Origin: Microbotryum violaceum
Taxonomy: Eukaryota
DNA: 64,000 nt
NCBI GenBank assembly: GCA_001244265.2
Contig: CDLV01000004.1
Coordinates: 3,286,001 to 3,350,000, forward strand
Direction of reading: 5' to 3'
In this document: in pieces, positions 24,798-38,287 of the stretch
How positions within the stretch are numbered: the stretch's first letter is position 1
How the letters are laid out: every line of letters begins with the position of its first letter
Program-made: the position numbers and the translations under genes
Notes under the pieces: model-generated
The model's input: the letters and a program-made list of their open reading frames with translations, nothing else
The model's database searches: none
What the model was told of the DNA's origin: nothing

Positions 24798-25516
24798 ACA
24801 GTTCCTTAGAGAATCATGGCTCAGGTCTTGGCTGCCCTCAATGTCGCCATGAAGTTGGCTGAGCTCGCAGCCGAGCACCAGTCGTTGTGTGCCCGGGCGA
24901 TGGAGCGCCCGGTGGACGATCTCATCGAGGCGCGTGGCCGCATTCAAGCCATGGAGGAGGCAACACTGGGTGGCGAGGATTGGAAGCCAATTCTTCCTCT
25001 CCTCAAACCTGTAGTGGTTGCGCCTGCAGTGGTAGTCGTAACTTCAGTGGTTCCGCTCAGCGCTGTGCTGCGGGTGGCAGCCTGCACCAACTATAACAGT
25101 TGGCGCGTCTGTATCACCAACCTTTCCCCACTCTCGTGTCGTGCTGTCACTTCCGCCTCACGTCCGTGTACGTGTAGATGCCCAGTCCCTACGGGCTCTG
25201 TGGCCCTTTCTGAGGTCGTTACCTCTCAGGCATCGCGTCGCGTGCCTTCGTTCTCTGGTTCAGGGGTCGAATTCCCCACCGTTCGCGCTTCCTCACATCC
25301 GCACCCGCTAAGCGCTGCTCCGGCGGACCCTCCGAGCATTACCGAACTGCCCATCCACGGGGTGGGCAGGGCTCCACTCGAACCTGTTGCGGCCGGCAGC
25401 AAAGGAGATGTCCCGTTTGTGTCTTCAATGCCCATGCCGGGCTCGTCGCCAGCGCCCAAAACTTCCGCTTGCATTTGAATCATGGCTTGCGAAGTTGACT
25501 CATCTCATTCTGTGAT

Positions 25517-27291
25517 GTGATGTACAAGATTGTTACGCCGCTCGATGCTGGTGCGTTTGAAGCCAACATTAAGGCACTCGCAAAGGTTGCGCATGTCGCA
25601 CCGTACCTGGCCGCTATACCGAAGCAGATCCGAGAGGGCTTTGATTTTGGCATCAAGGACCCTCTGTCGGAGCGTCACATTGCAAAGAACGCACTGCTCA
25701 CCGAGAAGCAACAACTGGTCATGGACGGCGAGATGGAGCGTTTGCTTGATCTTGGGTACATTGTGGGGCCGTACGACAAGGACGAGCTTGAGGCCACGGT
25801 CGGTCCTTTCCGCACAAATCCGATCAGCTATGTGCCAAAGTCAGTAATGCCCGGAATGCTGCCAAAGTGGAGACAGATCGAAAATCTGTCTTACCCCACG
25901 GCAAAGCCAATCAATTGAACCACAGACCCTGATGAAGCAAATCATCTGTCAACGAGCGGGCATTGACCGTCGCAATGGAGTGGTTCGTTTAGCTGTCCGA
26001 AACTCGTTTTCATTAACGACGACCTGCAGTCTGCGGATTCTCCTTGCCGTTGGACAACCTTGCCCTTGTTGTACCGCAAGTTTTGCGAGCTTCCCTTGAT
26101 GGCGGAACTCTGCGTTGGGATTTCACCGATGTGTTCTACCAACTCCCTTTGCGATGGGACCAGTGATTGAGCATGTGCATCTTGTGGCGCGGCCTCATCT
26201 TTGTACGACAAGTCCCATGCTTTGGTGGCAGGACCACTCCCGGTGTCTTTGGGAACATTGCGGACCTGACTCAAGACTTGGTCAAATGGAAGTTCTCCAA
26301 TGTTTCAATCCTCAAGATGGTTGACAATGTTTGCGCAGTCCCAACGTCAGATGCCATATTGCAAGAAGCCATTCTTCATTTTGTACAATCCCTCGGCTGG
26401 CGCCTTGCGGAGCAGAAAGGCTTCACGTGGATGCATCAATTTGTCCATGTCAGGATTGACTGGGATTTGGATCTAATGACTGCAATGGTTGCCGATCAGA
26501 AGCGGATGCGCTACATTGACAGGATCAACACCTTGCTTGAAGGTAGCCACGCCGGTCAGAAGGAATGCTCGGAAGTCAAGTCGGTCACTGGGTTGTTGGG
26601 GTATGTCACCTACATCCTCCCTGCATTACGGACCCATCTTAACTGTCTATACAGGCAGTGTATGGCATATGGGGACCGGAAGTTGGTTTCACGGGCATGT
26701 CTGGACCGTCACACGTACAATCAACTCAAATACTGGAGAAGGTTTCTCTCATTGGAAGGCCCATTCTCTACGTCGTTCAAGGCCCTCCCGATTCCATCAA
26801 AGCTCGCGTTAGCATTGGAAGCCTGTATGCATGGATTAGGCATTGTCATCAACGGATAATCCGCGTACTTCGCTCTCCCCAAGGGGTGGACGGATCTGCC
26901 ACCGCCTCGACACTCGGTCTCTATCACGAATGCGGAGGTGTGGGCGGTTGAGGCATTGGCCAAGGCAGTGTTACGAATGTGATGATAAACCATTTGTTCT
27001 CCAACTCGACGACACCAGGTTTGTGCTTGGATGGAGGAAAGGGCATTTGATGAATTCCTTGTTAAACTTGTTGCTTCCAACCTGCACAGCCTTGAGGAAA
27101 CTCGAGGTGTGAAGTGGTCAATTGAATATGTTAACACAAAGGTGAACCCCGCGGACGTCATGTCCTGGCAGCCAGACTGCCCGTGGCAGTACGAACCGTT
27201 CCTGTTGATGATCGCGCACCCACTGTCAAAGTTTCCGGCGGGGCGCGAGTTGCTGCGGGCGGCAGGAGAGCCCCTGTGGGTGATAGGCTGA
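25517..27291 (+). pseudogene. DIRS/Ngaro reverse transcriptase-RNase H
   Basis: IVTPL..GFDFG..GPFRTNPISYVPK..WRQIENLSYP, PCFGGRTTPGVF, MVDN (degenerate YVDD) and YVNTKVNPADVMS motifs, with stops and frameshifts. Confidence 0.85.
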
Positions 27292-27410
27292 GATATCTGA
27301 CTCCCTTTGTGGAAGGTGGAGCTTTGTTTGTAAAGAGTTGCGCATCCCTGTGTCTTCGAGGTCGAGCCCTCTTGCATCCTGTTTTGTCAATGTCATGCTG
27401 TCATGACTCA

Positions 27411-27575
<165 letters not shown>

Positions 27576-28137
27576 TCAGTGAGCTAGCATACTACACATA
27601 TGAGAAAAGGGGCACCCACCTAGAACCTCGGGTCAGTGAGCTGGCAAAAGCCAAGGGAGGTTCTAGGCGCGCGCAAGCTATTCAACTAAGCCAAAAGTTC
27701 TATCGCCTTCCATTGTACCTCGGGCAAAGGCCTCAGGCCTTGCAGCTTGGCACATTTGGCCTCCCCCTACCCGTGTCGCATGCCGTCTTGAAAATACAGA
27801 TGTCTTTCGAGGATTCACAAGCTGCATGGAGGCTTCGTCAAAGAGCCGTTCCGTACCCGATGATGCCGACAATGCCTGTGAGGGAGCGCACCTTCAAGTC
27901 AGAAAGAGTGCTTACTGGTCGGGCCGACACGTCAAGTTCGGCGCTGCGCGATGGAGCACCGGCTGTGGCGCCGCCTCCGAGTGTGAAACTGGATCGTAGC
28001 TCAGGGGCTTGTTTGGGATTCATGTCGACGTCAAATCCAAGATTGCAGATGTTGCGCAGTTCCCATTTGGGGTCCACCATCGTTTACCTACCTGAAGTAG
28101 ACGGGAACAAGATGGCCCTGATGGCTTCATCCACGAA

Positions 28138-29090
28138 TTGCACGCCGGAGGAGCGGCTGTGCGGCGCATTCGCCAAGACGTATTGAGGTATCAACCGAAT
28201 CCTTGTTCTCACACCGACAACTCCAGTCCAACGTCCGCTCCATGCGTGTGCATTGGCTGCAACATAGCACACGGTGATGGTTGCAGCAGGGCGAACCGCG
28301 GAGTTGAACGAGATGTACGCGATGTGCATTCTTTCCGTACCACCCTACAATTTTGGCACACGACGCATGGGCTGCGTATGAACTACGAGCCGAAGTTGTG
28401 GACGATGCAACTGGCTGCGGCTGCGGCCACAGCTCCAGCCCCCAAACCAGAGCAATTGGCGACAACTTTGGACGACCTCAGGTGCCTGGCTGTGGGGATT
28501 GATAAGTGCAGTCCGTTTGATACGGCCGTGTTTGCTGCAGCGTGTGCGGCGTTCTTTGTGATGGCGAGATTGGGCGAGTTTATGGCGGATTCGGCGGACA
28601 AAGAGTTCATAGCCAAACGGCATCTAGCGGTGGCCAATGCACGTCGGATCGATGCGACGAGCGAAGCTCCTCTCCGATACGAGTTGAACCTTCCGTTTGA
28701 CAAGGTGCGTCGGCGCGTCGGCCGCACGCTGGTAGTCTCGGTGCGGGACAGCAAGCCCTTCTGCCCGGTCGGAGGCATCGATAGCCATTTCCGCCTAAAC
28801 AACCCTCCACCAGGGCGGTTGTTCTTATATTGGGCGCGCGAAGGAGGTCATTGACAACTGACCTCCTCGGCGTTCTCGAGGCGAGCGGTTGGGCGGTCTT
28901 GAACAACCACTCCTTTAGGTCCGGTGGGGCCACGTTTTACCTTCGAGAAGGTGTACACACGGATCACATCCGAAACCTTGGCCGTTGGTCATCGAATGCC
29001 TTCGACAGGTATTGGCGGCAGCACAAGGAGATTGTGATCCAAGTGCTGAGCAAGGCTGGCAAGCATCCGGCGCCAGGGAGGGGGAGATAG
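28138..29090 (+). pseudogene. Tyrosine recombinase of the Ngaro element
   Basis: AAFFVMARLGEF, CPV, HSFRSGGAT and LGRWSSNAFDRY motifs; disrupted near 28852. Confidence 0.9.
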
Positions 29091-30013
29091 CCGCACCTTG
29101 CCCTGCGAGCAGCACGCGCTGAAGTGTCTGGTCGACTTGGACCTTTTGCACTCCCAGTGCCGAGCCTTGCAGTGGGTGCACACGGCCGTCTGCGGGCCGA
29201 GGTCGTCGCGGATCGAAACGTGGGGCTTGAGGGGTTTGAACGCGATTCGAGCCCGGCGCACTCGCCTTTGCGGAGGTGGTTGGTGGGGCGAGCCCAGCGT
29301 CGAGTTGGCCATCGCGCTGACGACGCTGTCCGTTCTGCACAGCTGCACGGCGGGCTCGTATACATGTCGCAATGCCAAGATCGGTTGCATTGTTGTCATG
29401 ACGCGCGGGGGGTTGATTCTGTTGATCGGTGCGGGACGAAGAGGAGGGTCGAGCCGCGGGGCGCCCAGCAGCGGGCGCTCGAGCAGGCCCATGAGGATAA
29501 AGAATAGGGAATGGCCTTAGTAGCATAAAGGTAATGCACTTGATTGAAGATCTCGGTATTTAAAGTTCGATTCTTTTCTAAGGCAATCGCTTTAATTGAA
29601 TCTAAATAGTTAATTAAAGTTTTTGTCTATTTAAATAATTTACACGATCTGAAAGTATTTCTTGACCTTCAGGCATCTTCATGAGATCATGTTTTGATCT
29701 TAAAATACTATGGAATGGATCACAGTATTGATTTGCGCTCAAGTTGTGTAGTTGAAAGGCGATATGGTGCAAATTTAAACTCATTATTCTATTGACTTAT
29801 AGAGATGAAAGCAATCTTTAATAGTGTCCAGTCAATCTTTTCATTCGGCCCTTCTTTGGCCTTTTTTTTTGGGTTCCAAGATGGTGCTACACCAGCTCCT
29901 TTCTCCTTTTTACTTAATAAAAATGAAAACAGAAAGGGGGCGAGGGGCGAGAATCAGGAGGGACAAAGAAAGTCCATCCCTAGCGTAGCTTATCCGTTGA
30001 ACGATAGCATGGT
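29075..30013 (-). mobile_element. Helitron 5' fragment (RepHel N-terminal Zn finger)
   Basis: ORF 28989-29492(-) contains LGPQTAVCTHCKARHW..FSACCSQGKVRL. It is truncated against the recombinase, with an AT-rich upstream region. Confidence 0.7.
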
Positions 30014-31194
30014 AGGACCCCCGAAAGCCCAGCCCGATAGGCGGCTCTCTAAAAACGGCCTTTTTCGAGGCAAAATGTCCAATTTTTTTCCGGGTTCTGA
30101 CTAAGAATGTCCAAAGAAGAGGGCCGCCTAGTGTTGAATAATTTCTCAAAATTACTCTACAAGCTGTACAATGCTCAGAAAATTTTCTGCGCTACGCGCA
30201 GACTGCATTCCCGCCGCGCGCGGGTGGGGAAGGTTGCGCGCGCGCGCACCGAGCACCAAGAGCGGTGCCAGCGCGACTGCCAACGAGCCTTTTCAAAATG
30301 AAATGGACTCGAATAGGATCTCATCTTTGTTTAGCATTCATTTGATGGATCAAAATCAATATAATTTACATCTACATGGCAGAATGCACGCCAGAATAAG
30401 GTTCTCAGCCGCGCGCCATATCCTAATATGTATGTGCCTCGAAATATCTGGGAAAGTCGGAGGAAATGCAGGTAAGCACACTGGCTAGGCCAGTAGTGTA
30501 GGACTCTTTGACCCTGATTCAGAATCAATCATACCCACCAAATCCCCCTTGGGTGTTTTACAGAGACACAAGGCCAGCCTTGCACTCCTGAATTGATGCC
30601 CAGAGCTCTTCAAATGCCATTTCGGTGATCGCGCGATTGGGTGATCAGTTCCAAAGAATCCGACGTGTATAGGCGGCGGCGAGCCCTGGGAATCTTGACC
30701 AACTAGGAAAAGAAAGATACGACTAGGAAAAAAAGATATCTCTCGGCGAGAGAGCTTCCAGATCGAAAGGAAGAAGAGGAGACGTAGCTCGACAAGTCGG
30801 CGTTCCGAGCGAGAGACGATGAAAAAACGATAAACGATCGCAAATGTCTTTCAGGAACAGCCCAATAAGTAGCCTCTGAGTAGTTCTAGTTACAACTTGC
30901 TTTTAGCCTATCGTTCAAGAATGACAGATTGTATTTTATGCACATCAGAGGCACATACCTTACAGCAAATACAGACACTAACGAGCTCCAAACGCAAACA
31001 ACGCGACTGTTCACCGCGCCGCGCAGCTAGGCCCGGCTATGCCTTGCGGCCCTGCGTCTCCCGCTACCCTGGTCTGCGCTTCAAAGTTCGACCGGAGGGA
31101 GGAAAATGTCCAAAAATGAGGTGAGCCTCGACCCCTTTTGAGCCAAAAATGTCCAAATCTGCGGGCCGCCTCTGGCTGGGCTTTCGGGGGTCCT
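30014..31194. mobile_element. AGGACCCCC-TIR family 2: two opposite ends enclosing a decayed LINE 3' end
   Basis: TIRs at 30014 and ending 31194. Flanks AGCATGGT and GGGGAGGG do not match. LINE family II 3' remnant at ~30440-30820. Confidence 0.75.
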
Positions 31195-32130
31195 GGGGAG
31201 GGCGGGCAGGACATCGTCCTCGGGCTCGTGGTCGGACCATCTTTCCTCCTCGGCTACCCCCTTTGCTTTCCCTCGGTCCACTTTTGTCACGCCAACCGGC
31301 ATCGCCGCCGCCGCTGACATCGACCTCGTCACCCTCCGCCCCTCTGTTCCATCCTTGACAACGACGCGGCTCTTCCCTTTGATGATCACTCGCTTGGCGT
31401 CGGTCGGTTCGTCACTCGGGTCACTGAGGTCCGCCGCAGTCTGCGACCTCTTCATTACCGGCTTTTTGAACTTCGCAGCGGTCCCCCTGATATTGATGGA
31501 ACGTATCTCACCGTGCTCATCCCACGTGGCAAAGTTGTGACGCACCAAAGGAGTTTCAGCGTCGAGCCTCCTCTCGATGCTTTGGTCCCGCTCGAGTCGT
31601 GCCTGCTCAACCCAGTTAGCTCTGATCCTGTCCCACTCCTCCCCCTCGCGAAGCGACTTGGCAAGAGTTTCGGGTGACAAAGGTGGGGTTGGTTCGTGGG
31701 GTGTCGATTTGCGGGAAGCGGTGGCGGTGGTTGCTGTTGCGTCGCTGTCGTCGTCATTGTCCAGCCTGTTTGTCTGCTCTAAGTCCGTCGCTTCCACGTT
31801 CTGCGCTTTTGTCGCTCCCCCTGCCTCGTCCACATCGTCCACCTCCGTCGCCACCTCCTCTTCCTCCATCTCCGTCGCCACCTCCCTTTCCTCCATTTCC
31901 GTCGCCACCTTGCCTTCTGTTTCGCCTCTTCATTCCGTCATCACCTCATCCTCATCAATCACCTCTCCATCGGATCCTCTGCGGTCCTCTAAAACCGACT
32001 CGTCTTCGCTCTCAAGTTTGATCTCCGTTTTCGCGGTCGCCTCCGATTCCGTCTCCGAGTCCTCCGAGTCCTCGTCATCCGCCTTATCACCAGCGTCCTC
32101 CTCCCCTAATTCCTCCGGCCCCTGTCCGCT
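31195..32130 (-). repeat. LINE family I ORF1 fragment, near-identical to 56029-56965
   Basis: Direct sequence match ([10 protein letters not shown]...[13 protein letters not shown]). The TIR element cuts it at 31194. Confidence 0.9.
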
Positions 32131-33800
32131 GTCGCGGGACGGGTTGTGGATGGTATGGGATGCGAAACTCGTTGTCGGACGAATCATCGTCAGACAACGG
32201 TGGATCACCTCCTTGAGGAGCTGCTACTCGAGCTCCAACCTTCGGTGTGAAGGCCGCCTGCGTGGCTCGGCCCCTCCGCTCGGTCCTCGTTTCAGGGAAC
32301 TGATGCTCATCCCCCGAAATTGAGTTGGCTCGTGGGCGTGAAGTCTTTGGTGTTTTAATCTCAATTCGCACCTTTGAGGTCTTTTCTTTATCTGAGTACG
32401 GCTGCTTGGCATAGTGCACATTAACATCCATACTTCCTGGGAAAAATTGTGGGTCATTTTGCATAGCAACGACGCGATCACGAGCCTCCTTCAAGTCCGT
32501 AGTTCCCAAGTCGGAACGGCTTCGAGGTCGTAATAACACGCGAGCCTTAGGTGTTTCTGTCATCTCACTCGAATTGTCAACGAGTTCAGTCAGGGGTGCT
32601 TGAGCACCAAGTGTCTGACTGCCTTCGGCGCCGGTGCTGTCTTGCGCACGGACTTCCGAACCAGTAGTGAAGAGTCCCTCGATACTGGCCATTGCAAGGT
32701 CCAATTTCTCTTGGGCCTTACGGCGTAGTTCAGTGAATTCTCTCACTTCATCTACAAGCTGTTGCAATGTCTTTTGCTTGAGCTCCTTTTCATCCGCGGA
32801 GTGTCTCTCCGCGGAATCCTCGTCACTGGCGCCTCCCATGTCTAAGGAGCGTTTTCCCAGTGACTTTGATGGTGTCGCGTCCGGCCCATCGTTGTCTTGT
32901 GTTGTGACCTCCAGCTCTTGACTGCCTCCAAGTTGTATCGCTGTGGCATCCGCCTGTTCTGGCTTCACTTGTGGTCCCGAATTTCCCGGAGAGCCTTGCG
33001 CATGTGGGAATCCCCCAAGAAATCTCTTCGTTCCAGCAAGCTGGATATCGGAATGGTCTGACGACATTGTAACTGATTGCAGATGATTAATTACGTCCAC
33101 TACTCAACTACACGGTACTTCGACCAGCGAAGTAACTTGTCGTCGTTTGATCTGTTGTGCTGAGAGAAGATCCTATGAAGGAGCAATATACCACTGCACC
33201 AAAAGGCGAGGCACCTCTACTTCAGTGAGCGCATATTGTCCTAGAAGTGAGATGGAGCGAAGTTCAACAGATCCCTGCATACGCCTTTGTTCTGTTGTGA
33301 TCCGAATCGGGAAGGTGCCAAAGCCCCTTCGCAATTCAATCGAGGCTAAGCTCGCTCTGTCCCTTTCGGGCCTGTCCCTCTTCGGGTCTTCAGATACAGG
33401 GACTACAAGTAGCACCCTGACACTGACTTTGTCGAGGTCGATGTACAAATCCTCCAGCGAAGTTGGTTTTGACTGAAGTAACAAGTAAAAATATGTAAGG
33501 GTTTCGCCCTACAGAAGGTCGCGAGGACGGTTGTAGATCGAAGTCGATGTAGTAACGGCCGAAAGAGGAAAGAGAGATATGGGGAAGGGCGTTCCTATTG
33601 AGGGAGGCCAAGGGTCCGTGCGCCAGTGTCAGTCTTGACGTCGGCTACGGGCCCGGGGTCGAAGGCCTGCAGTGGTCTCAAGAAAAACGGTACAGGCTTT
33701 TGCAGAACATCAAAGGAATTCGAGCAGCATCCCTTGCTTGTCTTGAACCAGGAGGCCGTTCAGAGACGAAGACGAAGGGCGTTAACAATGATGAAGAATG
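32130..33800 (-). CDS. Unknown, probably spliced gene inside the family-2 element, truncated by the LINE fragment
   Basis: 337-aa acidic/Ser-rich ORF (32087-33100) plus upstream ORFs on the same strand. No recognised domain. Confidence 0.35.
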
Positions 33801-33859
33801 AAGGTCAGCCTGGCTCATGCTCGTCTGGCGGTAAGCTTTGTCAAGAGCTTGGCCCATCA

Positions 33860-34125
33860 AGCGCGGCAGTGGATCGCGGCGGGGCGGGTGTGGAGCGGAG
33901 CGCTGGCGGCGCTCTTGGTGCTTGGTGTGCGCGCGCGCGGCGAAAACTGCGCGCAGAAAAAATGAGCATTGTAGAGCTTGTAGAGTGGTTTTCAAAAATT
34001 ATTCAACACTAGGCGGCCCTCATATTTGGACATTTTCAGTCAAAATCCGGAAAAAAATTGGACATTTTGCCTCGAAAAAGGCCAATTTTAGAGGGCCGCC
34101 GATGGCTGGGCTTTCGGGGGGTCCT
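33860..34125 (-). mobile_element. Family-2 transposon end
   Basis: Reverse complement of 30014-30275 and 41608-41841; ends ...CTTTCGGGGGGTCCT. Confidence 0.9.
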
Positions 34126-34326
34126 GCACTGCCCGCCAGCTGCCGCCAGCTGGTCAGTTAGAACGCACCGTCCCTGCTCTTAGTGCTGGTCTATTCCATT
34201 ATTAGGCACTTGAGACCCCGCCCGTGTCATCATTCCGCTCGCCCACGCCGACACACATTGCGCCGGAGAAGAGGTGCAAGTGTTCGCTGCCTCAAACAAG
34301 ACGCGAGCTCGGTCATACCCAACAAC

Positions 34327-37300
34327 ATGGCCGAAGAAGGCAGGCTGCTCGCCGAGAGCCTCGCGACCGTGCGTACCCAGCTGGGCCAGCTGAAGCGATG
34401 CCTGGTCAGTACCACAACATAGCCCGTGATCCTTCATCATCGTCTGGCACGGAGCGTCGTCATTCCCTATGGTCTGCTTCGGTTCACATGACTCGAGACG
34501 GCCAGCATATGACGCTATATGACGCCCGACCACCCACCCGCCCGTCATTCATCGTCCACCCCGCACCCCCGACCACCGTGACTCTGATCCACGCTATACT
34601 TGGCCAGAGTACTTGGCGCAGTCGTTCCAATGGGCTAAAACGGGGCGGTACACTCTCGCAAGGAGCCGCCCGGCGCACCAGAGCATACACGACGAACCGG
34701 AAGCGAATGCCTCGATACGGATCCGATTACCCTCCCAAAGCGCCGCCACATGCCATCACCGTCACCGTCACCGTCACCGTCGACCGCCAACCGGATTGAC
34801 CACCGACCCACGCCACATCTCCGCTCCCACACACCCAAGCTCCTGCCGTGACAGGGATCCATGCTGACCGCTTACCTCGCTTTCCCTCGCGCCCCCTTCG
34901 TCGGTGCATCAGGATGGCGATCAGTTGATGGATGCTCTCAAGAGTGCAAGCACCATGCTCGCCGAGCTGAGGAGCTTGTCCTTCAGCCCCAAGCAGTACT
35001 ATGAACTATGTCAGTCGCGGCACCACCGCAATGCAACTCTTATCCCTAGTTTGTTATGCACAACGTCTCAATTCGTCTGATCCCATCCGCAGACATGGCC
35101 GTCTTTGACGCCCTTCGGCACCTGTCGTCATACCTTCATGACGCCCACGTGTCGGGCCGACACCATCTTGCAGACCTGTATGAACTCGTTCAGTATGCGG
35201 GCAACATCGTACCTCGGCTATGTATGCACACTCCCTTCTGCTTCCCGCAAACCTCGCCACGCGTAAGCGGGCTGCTGACTTCCGCCCCCTCGTCACCCAC
35301 CACTTCTCCTGCAGACCTGATGATCACCGTGGGCACCGTGTACATGTCCATACCCGAGGCTCCCGTCAAGGAGATCATGAAGGACATGATGGAAATGACG
35401 CGCGGTGTGCAGCATCCGACCAGGGGCATGTTTCTGCGCCATTATCTAAGTGGCATGACGAGGGACTATCTACCCGTCGGTGACGATCCAGGGTGAGCAG
35501 CCTTTTTCTATGTGCTGCGGTCATGTCCTGGGGAGCATAGGATCATACCTCTCATACGTGATCAAGCCCTCCCTCCCTCTATTGTGCAGACCTGGTGGTA
35601 ATCTCCAGGACTCGATTGGATTCGTCTTGACCAACTTCATCGAAATGAACAAGCTCTGGGTCCGACTGCAGCACTCGGGTCTGTCACGCGACCGCGAGCG
35701 CCGAGAGATGGAACGGCGCGAACTGCGCATCCTCGTCGGCACGAATCTAGTCCGATTGAGCCAACTTGAAGGCGTCGACTTGGAGATGTACCGCCGATCC
35801 ATCCTGCCAAGTATTCTGGAGCAGGTCGTGAATTGCAAAGACGTGATTGCGCAGGAGTATCTCATGGAAGTCGTCATCCAGGTCAGCCCCATGTCTTAAT
35901 ATTTCGCTTGTCCTCCGCAAGGCCGCTCCTCAACCAGATCGTGTCATGCTTGTCGCAGGTCTTCGTCGATGACTTCCACCTTCGGACGCTCTCACCGTTC
36001 TTGTCAGCGGTGGCGCAGCTTCACCCTAAAGTGGCGATTAAATCCATCATTATTGCCTTGATCGACCGACTGGCCGCATATGCCGCGAGAGAAGCCGATA
36101 ACGAGTCCCCAGAGGAACGTCAGCAGCAGGAGGAAGAAGCGGCAAGGCGACTCTTGAGAGAGGTGAAGCGTCAGCGTGAGAAAGCTAAGTTGGATGCAGA
36201 CGGTCGGAGCCTATTGGCAGGCTCTTCGGGCTCAGTGGATGGGGAAACGGACACGTGGGGTGCCGAAATTGTGCCGCCGGAGCAGGACGAGGTGTCTCAG
36301 GACGATGGGCTGATCGATGGCGTCGTCCCAACCGTACCTGCGCACACCGTTCGCAAGTTCAGGGGTATTCCGGAGAACGTGAGATTATTTGAGGTGTTCT
36401 GGCAGCAGGTTGTCGAGCTTATCAAGGTGAGGGCGAGAGGGGGGAGGGGGGCGGCGGGGTCGACCCAGCTGACTCTTGACATCTGGCACATCGCCATCTA
36501 GGCGAGACCGGACCTCTCCATTCAAGACATCACAGCACTCCTCGTCTCCCTCGTCAACCTGTCACTCAGCTGCTACCCCGACAAACTTGAGTATGTCGAC
36601 CAAGTCCTCTCCTTTGCGCGATCTAAAGTGCAGGAATACGCCGACTCCCCAAACCTTCATCACCCCGTCACAATCCAGAGCCTTCTGTCGCTCTTACTCG
36701 CACCCATCAACTCTTACCTAACCGTACTCACCTTGCTGGCCTTACCGAGCTACAAGGAACTGCTGATGGTTCAACCTTTTCCGACGCGTCGCTCGATTGG
36801 ACATGCTATCGTCGCTTCGATCCTAAAAAATGAGACAGTCATCGACTCGGCCGAAGACGTCAAGGAAGTTCTGGATCTGTGCCACGTACTGATGCGAGAC
36901 CAGAAGGACCGCGTCGTTCCCAACCCACAAGGTTTGGGGCAGCGACAGTCCAGTGGGGCGCTCGGTGGCGTCGGGCGTGGGCAGCAGAGCTACGACGTGG
37001 AAGAGATGGCCGAAGAACAGGGATGGATTGCTCGGATGGTACATTTATTCAGAGCACATGAGCTCGAGGGCCAATTCCACGTCAGTCGATGGCTCTGTCG
37101 AATGACCATCTGTTCTCACTCATGCGATGCGGCTTGCTGACGACTGCCTGCGGACTCTGTTTCAACATTCACACAGCTGCTTCAAACCGCCCGCCGCGAA
37201 TTCTCCGAAGGTGGAGACAGAATACGGTGGACCTTCCCACCTCTGATCGTTGGCGCGATCAAACTTGCTCGGCGGTACAAGGCACGAGAGCGGTTCGTCG

Positions 37301-38287
37301 AAGACTGGGACGTCAAGGTTTCGTCGCTGTTCAAGTTCATGCATCAATGCACCTCGGTCCTATATAACAAGGTCGAGTCCTCCGAAATTTGCTTGCGACT
37401 GTACCTGCTCGCCCTTTCAGCCTCGGACGAGGCCAACCTTGAAGAATTGGCGTACGAATTCGCCGTGCAGGCTTTCACCATCTACGAGGAATCAATCTCG
37501 GAGTCGAGGGCGCAGCTGCAGGCGATCACGTTGATCATAGGTACCCTGCAAGCGACCCGTGTCTTTGGGATGGACAATTATGATACACTCATCACAAAAG
37601 CAGCTCTTCACGGCGCCAAGCTGTTGAAGAAGGGCCAACAAGCAACTGCGGTCGCACTGGCAAGCCATTTATGGTGGCAAACTGATAATGTTGTGGTCAA
37701 AGAGATTGATTCCGACAAGGTGAGTTTATTTTATCGATGTGTGCGTAACGAACGGACGTTGAGACGAATTTTGCCATGTGTGTCACAAGGCAGCGTTCCG
37801 CGATGGCAAGCGCGTGCTTGAATGTCTGCAAAAGTCGCTCCGGATCGCGACGTCTTCGATCGACGAGCTTACAAGCGTTCAACTTTTTTGCGACGCTTTG
37901 GATCAGTACCTTTGGTACTACGAGCGTGGGGTGGAAGCCGTGAGTGCCTTCGACCAGCGTTGATCACTGATCGCGTAACGCACAGCAGCGCTTCGTCAGC
38001 TCTCCTGACATGTCCTCTACGCTGCTGCTCTTGCCCAGATATCGCCGAAGCACATCAACAGTCTTATCGAACTCATCACCTCGAATTTGGACGGGCTGCA
38101 GTCAGATGAGATTTTATCCGCAGCCGGTGGTGCAGCCTCCGGACTCATCGAGATGCCCAACAGTGTCGAAGCTACCGTTCATCATTTGCGCAACATCTTG
38201 AATTATATCGCCCGGAGGAAAGAGGATGATTCGTCGCCCCTCTTTGAACAGGTCGAAGTTGCTGGGCCATTGCTCAAAGTAGCTTAA
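34327..38287 (+). CDS. VPS35: Vacuolar protein sorting-associated protein 35 (retromer), multi-exon
   Basis: [76 protein letters not shown] and [13 protein letters not shown] motifs. GT-AG introns, the first at 34405-34912. Confidence 0.97.

Larger units (their letters stand above)
10234..24811 (+). mobile_element. 14.6 kb CACTA/EnSpm(Plavaka)-like DNA transposon with nested insertions
   Basis: 29-bp TIR CTCTAAGGAAC(A/T)GTTAGTCGGGCGCGAGT at 10236-10264 and 24783-24811 (1 mismatch). The left end starts CACT. Both ends have AGTCG/CGACT subterminal arrays. AATCATG is duplicated at 10227-10233 and 24812-24818. Encodes a Tnp2-type transposase. Confidence 0.85.

Noticed and set aside
24600-24800. 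CRISPR-like repeat array
   Set aside because: Tandem units without unique spacers, adjacent to a TIR, in eukaryotic DNA.
30014-34125. Single element with 260-bp TIRs
   Set aside because: Flanks do not match, and both are the same end type of an asymmetric element.
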